DNA of 64,000 bases from an uncultured Nitrospiraceae bacterium (GCA_963705105.1 CAVPIW010000006.1:736001-800000), one strand, 5' to 3'; shown: positions 51,309-61,314, numbered from the stretch's first letter. The notes: generated from the letters alone by a model not told the origin. Made by a program: numbers and translations.

Positions 51309-53000
51309 TTACCGGCCTGCAATCGCTGCAACCCGCAGAGCCAGCTTCTCAAGCGCCTCAGCAATACGCTCATTGTCCCGCTCAAGCTTCTCTATCCGTG
51401 CGTCCTTCTCTTGAATAAGCGCCTGCTGCTCCTTCACCACCTTCGTCAGCACCGCCACGATGTCCATAGTGCTCAGTCCCTTCCTGTCTCCCGTCGCCAC
51501 CAGTGCGGGCACGTCCTCGGCGATGAACCCCACATGCTGCTCCTCAGGGTTCGTCTTATAGCTGAAGGTCACGGGGTTCAATCCTTCCAACGCTTCAACC
51601 GCCTGAGCCGAGCTCAACTCCCTGACGTTATCCTTGTATTCCCGGCTGGACGCATCGAACCAGCTCGCTCCGTCCGAATAAGCCCCTGCGCCGAGCGTCA
51701 GCTTCCCCGTGAAGTCGATCGTCAGCCTCGTGGAGGGCAGGCAGACCGTCCCCACTGCGCAATCTTGCCTCGTGATGATCCGGTAGCCCGATCCTCCCGA
51801 TCCCGCCATGACCGCCTTGCCGTCAGGAGACTTCTGCACCCATCCGCCTGCAGCCGTGTCCCACATGGCGCCGGAAGAAACGAAAAAGTTGTTGTCGGAC
51901 ACTGATGTCAGCCAGCCGCCTACGTCGGTCCCTGTGTTTGTGAAGTGGAGTGTCGAGCGATTGGAGTTGTCGCCGTTGACGGATACCTTATACAGGGGAG
52001 AAGTGGTTCCTATCCCCACTCTGCTGGACAGCATGGAGATGTTGTGAGCGGGCGCCGGCAGGTCAGCGCGGATCCAGAGGTCGGAATTCTGGGCATGGAG
52101 GTCAATCGCGGTGCCATCCACCCTCATCGCGACGGACTTCGCTGCGCCCGCAGTGCTTTGCCTCAGTATGATTCGGCTCGTGCCGACGGCATCGATGATG
52201 TACGACGGCGCCGTATTATTGATGCCCAGGCGCTTGAGGGCGCGGTCGAAGAACATTCCGTTGTCGGCAAAATGGAGGTCGCCACTAGTGTCCACACCAA
52301 GAGAATTCAGGTTGTTCGAGGATGAGCATGCCGCAAAAACGTTCCTGGACCCACCCTGAAGATCACGAATGGTCAAGTTTGATGACGCTTCAATGTCGCA
52401 GTTAAGGTCCAGATACGTTTGGGCGCCCTGAATCTGCCACTCCGTCCCGCCGATTTCGGTGTCATCGAAAAAGACCGATGGGACACTGCCTGATGCGGTC
52501 AGATCGGCCGCTTCGGCATCCGGAACGAGAAAATCGAGGGCGGACTTTACGAATCGACCTAAGGTCTCCGCTAACCCGGGCAAAAGGCCGCCGATCTTCC
52601 TGTCTTCCCTCTTCCCCGGTACAACAACCTCGCCATTCTTAACCGTGAAAAACCCTGCCAGACGGTCGACAATTACCCCCGTCCCTGCGTCCACCAGCTG
52701 CACCTCGAAGCGGTACGAGGCATCGGCGAGATCGGAGGAGGGCAGCCACACCGGGCTCACCGTCGATTCCGCGTGGACGACGCCGATCCCGGGGCCTGCG
52801 ATGTCGATGCTTATCACTTCGGCCCCGGTGAGGTCCGCTGCTATCTCCAGTCCGCCTCCCGCTGCGCTTGCCGCCAGGCGCCACGACTGGCCGATGGTCT
52901 GACTTTGCGCTAGGGCTGGCAGGATCGCCAGAAAAGCTGCCAGGACCGCGATCAAAAGGACTCTATGACTCGATGCTCTGCTTTGTAGACTGACCTTCAT
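51309..53000 (-). CDS. Exported fibre-like protein with C-terminal peptidase S74 (intramolecular chaperone) domain
   Basis: Signal peptide; RLGIN/RVGIGT fibre motifs; SSREYKDNV...PVTFSYK...GFIAEDV; coiled-coil tail. Confidence 0.8.
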   Translation of the reverse strand: MKVSLQSRASSHRVLLIAVLAAFLAILPALAQSQTIGQSWRLAASAAGGGLEIAADLTGAEVISIDIAGPGIGVVHAESTVSPVWLPSSDLADASYRFEVQLVDAGTGVIVDRLAGFFTVKNGEVVVPGKREDRKIGGLLPGLAETLGRFVKSALDFLVPDAEAADLTASGSVPSVFFDDTEIGGTEWQIQGAQTYLDLNCDIEASSNLTIRDLQGGSRNVFAACSSSNNLNSLGVDTSGDLHFADNGMFFDRALKRLGINNTAPSYIIDAVGTSRIILRQSTAGAAKSVAMRVDGTAIDLHAQNSDLWIRADLPAPAHNISMLSSRVGIGTTSPLYKVSVNGDNSNRSTLHFTNTGTDVGGWLTSVSDNNFFVSSGAMWDTAAGGWVQKSPDGKAVMAGSGGSGYRIITRQDCAVGTVCLPSTRLTIDFTGKLTLGAGAYSDGASWFDASSREYKDNVRELSSAQAVEALEGLNPVTFSYKTNPEEQHVGFIAEDVPALVATGDRKGLSTMDIVAVLTKVVKEQQALIQEKDARIEKLERDNERIAEALEKLALRVAAIAGR

Positions 53001-53405
53001 GTTGCCTCCTTGTCATGCGCAAAATGTAAAAACATTCGCCGTCGCCCATTGTCCACCCTTCTGTTGCATACGCCCCCGGAAAATGCGGGGCGAATGCGCC
53101 GGAAAGCATCGGTGCTGCGAAACCTTTGCCAAGGTCCTTGAAGCTTACTGCCTGTCACCCTCCGTCCCAAAGGGGATGGGTTTATTGGGAGCCTGCCTCA
53201 TCCATGGCCAAATCATATCGGAAAAAAGGCTGTCTGTCAATACGGCAATGTTCATCAATTTCCGCTGGAAACACGCCGCATTTTGCAAAGAAGTCAGAAG
53301 AGGCGGAGTTCAGGAAGTACACGATTCCTGACGCTGATGATTGGGGGGGAAGTAAGGTTTTTATGGCATTAGCAACATGCAAGCGACTGACATTTCAAAT
53401 TTGTT

Positions 53406-53503
53406 TGGCGGGAGCGTGTGGGAATCGAACCCACCCTGCCGGATTGTGGCCGGCAACACCGGATTTGAAGTCCGGGAGGGACACCAGAACCCTATGCACT
53501 CCC
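53406..53503 (-). tRNA. selC: tRNA-Sec (anticodon UCA)
   Basis: 98 nt GGGAGTG...CGCTCCCGCCA; anticodon arm CCGGA-CTTCAAA-TCCGG; long variable arm; GGTTCGATTCC. Confidence 0.96.
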
Positions 53504-53651
53504 AACAGAGAGTTTACGGAATCGGCGGGAAATTTGGCAAGTCGGGATAGGCCAGACGATTCCCTGTCTTCGCTTAACCTATATCCACACCGGCCTTGAA
53601 CACCTTGACGTCGAAGTCATTGCCTTTCTCCAACAGTCCGGCATGACCGGA

Positions 53652-53924
53652 TCACTCATTCTCCCGACCACCGAGTTCTTTCAGCCGCTGACGGGCAATT
53701 TCATCAGCGTCGGAGATCACCTCCACCTCATATCCACGGGAGCGGACTTCCGCAATCTGCGCGTCGGTGAGCAGTCCCCGGATTTCGAAGATCCCTCCTG
53801 TCAGCTCCCTGGCGGTGTGACGGAACACATCGAGATCCCAGACCTTTTGGAGATCGCCCAACGACTCGATTGTCATCGCCCTGACGCTGACAAAAAACCT
53901 GCGGCCCTGCTTCTCCCCCTGCAT
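53652..53924 (-). CDS. Small protein homologous to the N-terminal (pro)domain of the upstream M14 peptidase
   Basis: GLLTDAQIAEVRSRGYEVEVISD versus GILTDEQIEQLRAAGYIIEIVSD. Confidence 0.75.
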   Translation of the reverse strand: MQGEKQGRRFFVSVRAMTIESLGDLQKVWDLDVFRHTARELTGGIFEIRGLLTDAQIAEVRSRGYEVEVISDADEIARQRLKELGGRENE

Positions 53925-53937
53925 TATGTCACCCCTG

Positions 53938-56226
53938 TCAAGAGACATCGATCTGCAGTGTGAGTCCGCCCACGGCCTTTTTCCTATGTTCGTACTGGAT
54001 TACCTGTATCACGTGACGTTCCCCCGCGGCTGCAGACTCCGGCACCCTGACCCTCAATACCATGCTCTTCCGTTCCCGCGGTTTCAGGGGCAACCGGATT
54101 CTTCCGAGCCTCAGCCCTGTAAGGGAAAACATGGGCCTGCCGTCGATCGTCACAATCCTGAACCCGCTCACAATCCGGCTCTTCTGAGGCATGGCGGATA
54201 TCATCGGGATCATGTGCTGCATCATCGCATCGTCACCCATATCAAGAAGGATTTCCGCTTTTCGCGGCGCTATGAGCTTTTTCACCACGAGTTCTCCTGC
54301 CTGATCTTCACAATGGGCGTTCCCGAAGACAAAAGGGAACTCGATGAGGTTCCCTGCCCTCGCATTGACGATTGTGATGTTCTTCTGGGCGAGATTATTG
54401 TTTTCCCAGACGTGCCTGCCCTTCAGAGAGAGGCCGTCATTGGGCGCTGCCTCGGCAAGCAGGCACGGATGCCAGTTCGTATCAGGAGGGATCAGTGAGG
54501 CAGCCCATTTCACATGGCTGATTGCGGAGGCGGCCGGAAGAATCGACGACACCAGGGCCTCACCCACGAGGTAGGTGCCGGCGCCGGTCAGGGTGCCACC
54601 TCCTGCAGGATTCTTCGGGACCCAGTCCTGAGGATGGATAAACTGGGTGCCCGCGTAATTCGTAATGTAGACGCGGACCCTCAGGTTCTGCGCCTCTGCC
54701 GGCCCCCGGTTTGTGACTCGTACGTAGATGAAATTGTCCTTCCCGCGGATGGTATTCTGGTGGATTGTCATCCCGTCTTCGATGTTACGCACCCAGATAT
54801 CGGGACTGTCCCAGAAAGGAGCGGACGACGGCGCCGTCCCCGTGTCTGCTGCGTTATCCCTGATGCAGATGTCGCTGTTCACAGCCCAGCAGAGTTCTGT
54901 CATTGCTGCGCCGACATCCTGGATGACCTTACTCATCTCCGCGAAAGGGGGAACGAACTCCGTGCCGAACTCTATGGTAAAACCGTAGACCCGATTCTTG
55001 AGGCCGCTGACAATGTTGCGGGCAAGAGCGTAGTCATCCGAAGTGGCTGTTGTGGGATAGAGTCCGACAGACTGCTGAACGGTGTAATGCTTTCCCCGGA
55101 CCGCCGACAGGGCTTTGTTCATCCTGTCTGCGAGGTTCCTGAGAGTGTTCTCGTCGACGGTCGGGATAAACTCCCGGTAGAGTGCATCGTTCACCGTCCC
55201 CCGTTTGCCGTCATAGGCGACATTCTGGAAGTTCTGTCCCGGATCCACATTCTGGTTGTTGTCATCTCCCCAGCTGTAAAGGATCAGCTCGCTGTAACTG
55301 TGGATGTCCACAAAGTAGGTAATGCCGGGGTAGTTATCAAAGAGGAACCGGACATTGCGGGTCTCCGGCTCTGAAAAGGCCGCCTGGCCTTTGTAGAGAA
55401 AGCTCGATGCAGCGGGGGACGTCCCGATGCCGCTGCTCCAGAGGAAATCGAAATTACGGTTCAGATCCACGCCCCGGTTCGAGGGATCGACGGCGGTATT
55501 CGGGTTGCGGTTCTTTCGCCACCAGACACTCTGATAACCGCCTGCCGAGGGATCATGGGTCTGACTGTAGTGCTTTCCGTCGGGATTCACGTCAGGAAAG
55601 ACAAATATGTCGATATTATTGAGGATTGTCTGCACCTGAGCCGCGGAGAAGGTCTTGCCGCCGAAGGCAAGCGGCGTCTGTGAGCGATAGGCATTGATAA
55701 GTGAAACGAGGAAGTTGATGCAGATGTCCGACCCGCCCCACTCCCGTGCGTGCATGCTTCCTGTGAAGAGCACGCCGGTACGGTTTGTCTTGCTGCCTGC
55801 CCTCAGGCGGACGGCACGGCATGTTCTGTTTTCCCACGTCGTATGCGGAAGAGCGATGAGTGTGATCAGATCAGGGTGCAGGGTGTGGAGGTTTGTGAGG
55901 GCCGACTCCACTTCGTCCGCGGTCATGTATCCGAGAATGGCGCGCTCACCGAAGTCGGCGACACCCCTTGTGTCGGCGAACCTGTTTGTCCTGGGGATGT
56001 CAGCAATCCTCTCCCGTGCCACCTCGTCCAGATCAGAGACAATCTCGATGATGTAACCGGCAGCCCTGAGCTGCTCTATCTGTTCATCCGTCAAGATACC
56101 CGGAACCACGAAGCGATCATCCGCCAATTGCCTTGCAGCGCGATGCTTCAGGTCAAGGCCGTATTCATCCAACGCCCTCAAATCTGCAAGAGTCCCGGAT
56201 ATGATGCGAACGGAAGAAATAGTCAT
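53938..56226 (-). CDS. M14 family zinc carboxypeptidase with C-terminal beta domains
   Basis: HAREW, VNPDG, WRKNR, GVDLNRNF, SEPET, DIHSY, FTIE; SPDIWVRN C-terminal module. Confidence 0.9.
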   Translation of the reverse strand: MTISSVRIISGTLADLRALDEYGLDLKHRAARQLADDRFVVPGILTDEQIEQLRAAGYIIEIVSDLDEVARERIADIPRTNRFADTRGVADFGERAILGYMTADEVESALTNLHTLHPDLITLIALPHTTWENRTCRAVRLRAGSKTNRTGVLFTGSMHAREWGGSDICINFLVSLINAYRSQTPLAFGGKTFSAAQVQTILNNIDIFVFPDVNPDGKHYSQTHDPSAGGYQSVWWRKNRNPNTAVDPSNRGVDLNRNFDFLWSSGIGTSPAASSFLYKGQAAFSEPETRNVRFLFDNYPGITYFVDIHSYSELILYSWGDDNNQNVDPGQNFQNVAYDGKRGTVNDALYREFIPTVDENTLRNLADRMNKALSAVRGKHYTVQQSVGLYPTTATSDDYALARNIVSGLKNRVYGFTIEFGTEFVPPFAEMSKVIQDVGAAMTELCWAVNSDICIRDNAADTGTAPSSAPFWDSPDIWVRNIEDGMTIHQNTIRGKDNFIYVRVTNRGPAEAQNLRVRVYITNYAGTQFIHPQDWVPKNPAGGGTLTGAGTYLVGEALVSSILPAASAISHVKWAASLIPPDTNWHPCLLAEAAPNDGLSLKGRHVWENNNLAQKNITIVNARAGNLIEFPFVFGNAHCEDQAGELVVKKLIAPRKAEILLDMGDDAMMQHMIPMISAMPQKSRIVSGFRIVTIDGRPMFSLTGLRLGRIRLPLKPRERKSMVLRVRVPESAAAGERHVIQVIQYEHRKKAVGGLTLQIDVS

Positions 56227-56394
56227 AGTGAATACCTCCTTTTCAATGACCTGCCCGGAAGAGGCGCGCCGGCCCTGTGGTTTCTATTATGCATTCACGT
56301 TCGCGTCGAGGAAGCTTCATGGCTTCCAAAGATCACCCCCTTCAATTGACAATCCCCGCTGACCGTCATCATGACCACACCACCTTTTAATTTC

Positions 56395-56459
56395 TTATAC
56401 CATAAGAAATGCTGTATGTCTTGACCTTTTTTCTCTTTTTTTTGACATATTTTCTTTTT
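56395..56459 (-). promoter_or_regulatory. Duplicated promoter/operator block, copy 1
   Basis: Similar to 61397-61462; GTCAA direct repeats and TGGTATA -10 on the minus strand. Confidence 0.55.
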
Positions 56460-56574
56460 CACCCTCAAGTGCGATCCACTCCTGTCCAAAATATCTTTCG
56501 ATGAATCCTTCAAAACAAGATCAGGGGTTGGCGCCTTTCGCAGGGGTTATTGGAGTGATAGGGTATACTAAGGC

Positions 56575-56886
56575 GTGGCACATGGTGCGGACAGAAAGGG
56601 GCTCGTCGCGAAGCTGAGTGAAGCCGGACGTTCCGTCAAGCGTGAGCTGACCGTCTACCGTCTCGTCGTCCGCGACGAGCGGACACCTCGCCTCGCAAAG
56701 ATTCTACTGGGAATCGCCGTGGGATATGCCCTGTTGCCCTTCGACCTCATCCCTGACTTCATCCCCGTCATCGGTCACCTGGACGACGCCGTCATCATTC
56801 CCCTTCTCGTCGTCATCGCACTGCGAATGATTCCCTCCGAAATCATCGATGACTGCCGGCAGAGAGCGGAATCGCAACGGTGCTGA
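56575..56886 (+). CDS. YkvA/DUF1232 family protein
   Basis: YALLPFDLIPDFIPVIGHLDD. Confidence 0.92.
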   Translation: MAHGADRKGLVAKLSEAGRSVKRELTVYRLVVRDERTPRLAKILLGIAVGYALLPFDLIPDFIPVIGHLDDAVIIPLLVVIALRMIPSEIIDDCRQRAESQRC

Positions 56887-56929
56887 CGGCGTCCGCCGTC
56901 ACAGACGGGCTGCAGGCTGTCAAGCTTCT

Positions 56930-57540
56930 GCATAGTACCTGGCTGAAATCACGGCCGAATCGCGGCTCAAAAAAAGAATGCTCTGCAGAGGTCAGCGGCG
57001 AACCTGCTCCCCTCTGTGACAGGATCGACGATTCGGCTGAAGAACTGAGAGACGGGGTTCCGCTCCCCTCCTCTCCTTTCGCCCGGATCGGCTCTTCTCT
57101 CTCCTCAACCTGCCTCTGGACGAGTGGTGTGATTCTCAAAGATCGGCGCTTTGGCCGAATGATCTCCTCTTCCCCGCACGAGGGGCCTTTGGCAAAGGGT
57201 CAACCCGGCTTCATCTGAACAGCAGAATTATTGCCTTCACTGACACTTACACTTGCACTGACACTGTCTTTTTCCGGCATCCGCATCACCTGCTCCGCCA
57301 CCCGGTCCGCTTCCTGTTCATAGATATCATTGGGCCGGCCGATTGTTAACTCTTGCCTGCAAACATGCCAGAGCTAAATAGTCGCTGCACTGCCATGTTG
57401 CCAATGGTCCTGTGGAGGAAAGGGATTCGGTCAATAGGCGCATTTGTTGGTTGCGAGGAAACCGACCTCCGCGTCTTAGTAGCCGGATTTCCTTTCTTTG
57501 ACTCGGGCGTTCTAATCGGCAATCCTGCTCTGTCCCCCAT
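56930..57540 (-). pseudogene. DUF4157-family gene copy A: frameshift near 57350-57365, in-frame TGA 57200-57202, truncated after RFGRDFSQV
   Basis: LHRTIGNMAVQRL / LTIGRPNDIYEQEADRVAEQVMRMP / KPG-U-PFAKGPSCGEEE / FFEPRFGRDFS. Confidence 0.8.
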
Positions 57541-57581
57541 GAATGGAACCTAAATGGGCGCTGTCCCTATTTTCGACTTCG

Positions 57582-58383
57582 TCACACCTGCACTGTCTTC
57601 AGGAACTTGTTGCAGACCCACCCTTCGATGTCGCTCGGGCCTTCCACATCAACCTTAGACCACCGGTCTCGCTGCTCAAGAATGATCACCCTTGTCCCGC
57701 GGAGGAGGGGCGAAGCGACCGTCTCGTATTCGATGCCCGGGCCGCTCCGGATGTTCAGGCTGTCGACAATGACCTCGCAGGTGTCGTTCTCATCTTCGGA
57801 CCTGCCAAATACCTTTGCGCGGATGTTCATGAGGGGGAAGGCAGGACCGGGATCGCACTTCCTCCCCGGCGCGATGTCATCGTGTCCGACGATGTCCTTC
57901 AACTTGTAGGTCTGCACGATAAGCAGGGCCAAATCCAATGCCTTTTCGATCTGAGCCTCCGTGTAGGCGTGCCAATAGGAACAGATCCTGCTCGAACTTG
58001 TGTTTCGCCTGAACGACCACATCCTCGCCGTACTCGGACTGAAACCAGGCGCGGTAGGTCGTGCCCACTTTGGTCAGTCTGCCTGCGTTGTCCATTTCGA
58101 TGCCGATGGAGTGGCTGTTCAGGCCGGTCAGCCCTTCCCAGTGGCTCGTTCCCGCATGCCACGTCACGACATTGAAAGGGGCCAACTGGGTGATGGTCCC
58201 GTCCCGCCCGATCACCAGATGGGCCGAGGCACCGGCGCGGGGGTCGCATAGCCACTCGACGGAAGATGCTGCGCTCCTCCCCCCGGTGAAGTGAAACACC
58301 AGGTACATCGGCTCCATGGAGCCGCCCCTGTTCGGCGTCTCAACCTGTGTAATGCCCTGCATTCGATGATTGCGGATCTTCAT
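57582..58383 (-). pseudogene. N-acetylmuramoyl-L-alanine amidase (Amidase_2) plus SH3 domain, with a single-base frameshift near 57980
   Basis: LVFHFT, ASAHLVI, WHAG, SIGIE in one frame; YWHAYT, VGHDDIAPGRKCDPG, LNIRSGPG in the next. Confidence 0.85.
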
Positions 58384-58434
58384 AAGACCTCCTTTGGTTC
58401 ACTTTTTCGTTCTCAGCCACACCCGTGCAATTTT

Positions 58435-59190
58435 TCAACAATACTCTACCCTGCCGCCGAGGTACCTTTTGCCGTCGAAGGAATAGACCGTGACGCCCAT
58501 GCCCTCGGTCACCGGGCCGAATTTTCGATCCACCCCGTCTCCCCGGGGACCGAAGGCGCCGAGATTGTACCCGAGGTCGACAAGCGCCTGCTGCACAAGC
58601 CCAACGGCAACACGCCTGCTTGCCCATCTCACCAGGGTTCGCGTGCCGTTGAAGACGTCCATGATCGTCGTTTCCTGCGGAAAAAAGACCGGACTGGTTC
58701 TACCGGCAAGAGCCACCGGATCGCATTGTCTCTGCAACAGGGCGGCACTCTCATTCTGCTGCATCACATGTGTCAACTCGTGGGCGAGAAGCCCTTTGCC
58801 TGCCGAAGATCCTGAGGAGCACTCCCCCTGGCCGAAAAAAACGTCACGACCAATCGTGAAAGCCCTGGCCTGGACCATTTCCGTCAATGAATCTGCCTGA
58901 CTGTCCGTATGCAGACGCACTTGGCTAAGGTCACGACCGAACCGTGGCTCAAAGAAAGAACGTTCTCCGGTTGTAAGCGGCGAACCGGCTCCCCTCTGTG
59001 ACAGGATCAACGATTCAACGACAGAACTGAGAGGCGGGGTTCCACCCTTGTCTCCCTTCGCCTGGATCGGCTCCTCCTTTTCGACCTCCCTCTGAAGGAG
59101 TGGTGTGATCATCAAAGGTCGGCGCTTTGGCCGAATGATCTCCTCCTCCCCGCACGAGGGTCCTTTTGCAAAGGGTCAACCCGGCTTCAT
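58435..59190 (-). CDS. DUF4157-family copy B with in-frame TGA 59176-59178 and a peptidoglycan-binding-like C-terminus (5'-truncated, possibly a pseudogene)
   Basis: MKPG-U-PFAKGPSCGEEE...ARAFTIG...LLAHELTHVMQQ...VQQALVDLGY..GVDRKFGPVT. Confidence 0.7.
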
Positions 59191-59295
59191 CTGAACTGCG
59201 GAATTATTGCCTTCACTGACACTCACACTGCCACTGACACGGTTTTTTTAAAGCGCTTCGCCCCGCCCTTTCACATAGCTGGACGGTTCACCCCG

Positions 59296-59751
59296 TCATT
59301 TGCAGACTTCCATGAGGATCTTCAACTCCTCGTCGAGTATTCTGCCCGGCACGGAAGCCAGATTCGTTTCGCTGAAGGTCTTCTCGAAGTAGTTTCTCTG
59401 GAACCCCACAATCCCGAAGTAGGGTTTCTTGTCCCGCAGGGAGACGATCTTGGCGACACCGAATTTTGCCCCCGGCTCCACCTTTTTTACGTCAACCTCA
59501 AGAAAATCGTTGCGTGTAAGCTTTTCCTTGATGCACTTGAGGGGTTTTTCGGCGTCGTCGAAGAAGACGATGTAGACATCCAGCCGCCCTGCCGTAGGGT
59601 TTACAATCTGGAACACCGTATGAGTGTCCCTCAGGTCGTAGGTGCCTACGAGATAGCTGCTGAAGGACCCACCCCCCTGAGCATAAACCGACGCCGTACA
59701 AAACATCATGGAACACAACAGAATGCCGGCACAAATCGCGATCTTCCTCAT
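59296..59751 (-). CDS. Exported hypothetical protein
   Basis: GGAGG RBS; signal peptide. Confidence 0.7.
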   Translation of the reverse strand: MRKIAICAGILLCSMMFCTASVYAQGGGSFSSYLVGTYDLRDTHTVFQIVNPTAGRLDVYIVFFDDAEKPLKCIKEKLTRNDFLEVDVKKVEPGAKFGVAKIVSLRDKKPYFGIVGFQRNYFEKTFSETNLASVPGRILDEELKILMEVCK

Positions 59752-59882
59752 CTCAGACCTCCTTGCACAACGTGGGCAATCTAAAGGGGTCAAGGACCCC
59801 AGGATTAGAGTGTGTGTCCCGTAGAAACAAGACAGTGATTCACTGTGTCGTCTCAAGAGTCACATCGTCTGTTCAATGTCAG

Positions 59883-60094
59883 CCTTATCGTTGCAATAGT
59901 ACATCCGGAAAGGCGGGGCGAAGATGCCGAAAAGCCTTGGTGCTGAGAAACCTATGCCGTCCCATACGGATTATTTCAAGCGTATGGTTGATCGCACAAA
60001 AGATGAGATCCCGAATGTCCCATTTCAAATGATCATGCTCGCTATCAGCAAGGCTTTGAGGCACTTTGTCCCGCCTTTTCATGCAACCGAAAGG
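59883..60094. mobile_element. MITE-like element (flanks TCAG/TCAA)
   Basis: CCTTATCGTTGCAA ... ATGCAACCGAAAGG. Confidence 0.8.
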
Positions 60095-60111
60095 TCAACC
60101 TGCATGCGCAC

Positions 60112-60531
60112 CTATTTCTTCGCTTTCATCGTCTTCACTGCCGCCAGGTATCCGTTCAGAGAGACCGAATAGTGCTCGCCTGCAGGAGGATTGGCGTCGG
60201 TAAAGACGATCACCTTCTTCTTCGGCTCGATGACATGCCCCGTGTGAAAATGACACTGCTGCGTCGCCTTCGGCGGCACAAAGAACTGGATGAGTATGCG
60301 CGTCGTACCGTCCGGGTTCTGCTCGGCGATGTTGACGGTGTGGCCTTTCTTGACATCACCCTGGGGGTTGTAGAGAACATCGGTCAAAACGAGCTTTTTG
60401 TCTTTCGGCACCGCCTCAAAGACGGTGTTCGAAAACTCCGGCAGCCATTGCACCGTGTCCGTCGTGCCGGCGCCGGCGCTGACCGCAACTGCATGACCAT
60501 CGACCTGAGTATGCTTGGATTCATCGTACAT
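60112..60531 (-). CDS. Hypothetical beta-rich protein
   Basis: AAGGAG RBS; 139 aa. Confidence 0.65.
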   Translation of the reverse strand: MYDESKHTQVDGHAVAVSAGAGTTDTVQWLPEFSNTVFEAVPKDKKLVLTDVLYNPQGDVKKGHTVNIAEQNPDGTTRILIQFFVPPKATQQCHFHTGHVIEPKKKVIVFTDANPPAGEHYSVSLNGYLAAVKTMKAKK

Positions 60532-60579
60532 GGCTTAATCTCCTTCTCTTGGTGGAGCGTCGCTACTAGTCTGACGCCA

Positions 60580-61314
60580 CTACCTCGTGTAAAAGACGTA
60601 GAATTCCACATGCGCCGCTTTTCTGACCGCGCAAATCTCGCAATTCTTCACCGGCTGCTGATAGGCCCCCGTTCCGTTGAGGAAATTCATTACGTCATCC
60701 GCATCCGTCGCCTTTTTCCAGCCCCAGCCCGTGATAGGGGGCGATCCCGGGACTCTCTGATAGAAGACGTAGTACTCCGTGTGCCCCTCCTTCTCCATCG
60801 CCGCGATCCTGGCAGCCGTGACCGGTCTCTGATAGGCCCCCGTTCCGTTCAGAAAATTCATCACATCATCGGGGTCAGTCGCCAGTTTCCATCCCCAGAG
60901 CCCCGAATCATGAGGCGCCGTTCCGGCCTGATAAAAAACGTAGAACTCCGGGTGATTGCCTTTCCACATCAGGCTGATCCGTGCGTCCTTGACGGGGTGC
61001 TGATATGCTCCCTTGCCGTTGATGAAGTTGTGCACATCATCGACATCAGTGGCCAATTTCCATCCCCAATTACCTGCACTCTGCCCGGCCGTGCCGGCCT
61101 GGTAGAAGACGTGATATTCGGGATACGTCTCTTTCCACACAAGGGTGATCCGGGCGTCCTTCACCGGAGCGGTGTACGGCGCCTGACCGTTCATAAATTT
61201 CATGACATCGTCGGGATCGGTCGCTTTCTTCCAGCCCCAGGAGCCGGGCACGCAGGCAATGACCCCAATCACGACACACAAAATCAGACCGACGCGAACA
61301 TGCGATTGTCTCAT
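60580..61314 (-). CDS. Exported protein made of four ~55-aa tandem repeats
   Basis: Signal peptide; four copies of WGWKxATDxDDVxxFxNG...PV..ARI...E(Y/F)xVFY. Confidence 0.8.
   Translation of the reverse strand: MRQSHVRVGLILCVVIGVIACVPGSWGWKKATDPDDVMKFMNGQAPYTAPVKDARITLVWKETYPEYHVFYQAGTAGQSAGNWGWKLATDVDDVHNFINGKGAYQHPVKDARISLMWKGNHPEFYVFYQAGTAPHDSGLWGWKLATDPDDVMNFLNGTGAYQRPVTAARIAAMEKEGHTEYYVFYQRVPGSPPITGWGWKKATDADDVMNFLNGTGAYQQPVKNCEICAVRKAAHVEFYVFYTR

Noticed and set aside
51309..53000. Prophage suggested by the tail-fibre/S74 domain
   Set aside because: The protein has a signal peptide and no other phage genes are nearby
59248..59298. Read-through of TGA after EVCK toward DUF4157 copy B
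   Set aside because: The frame runs into repeat sequence and hits TAA after 15 codons
8720..60094. Dispersed GTTGCA...TGCAAC repeats as CRISPR repeats or integron attC sites
   Set aside because: No regular repeat-spacer array, cas gene or integrase; the 4-bp target duplications fit transposition better
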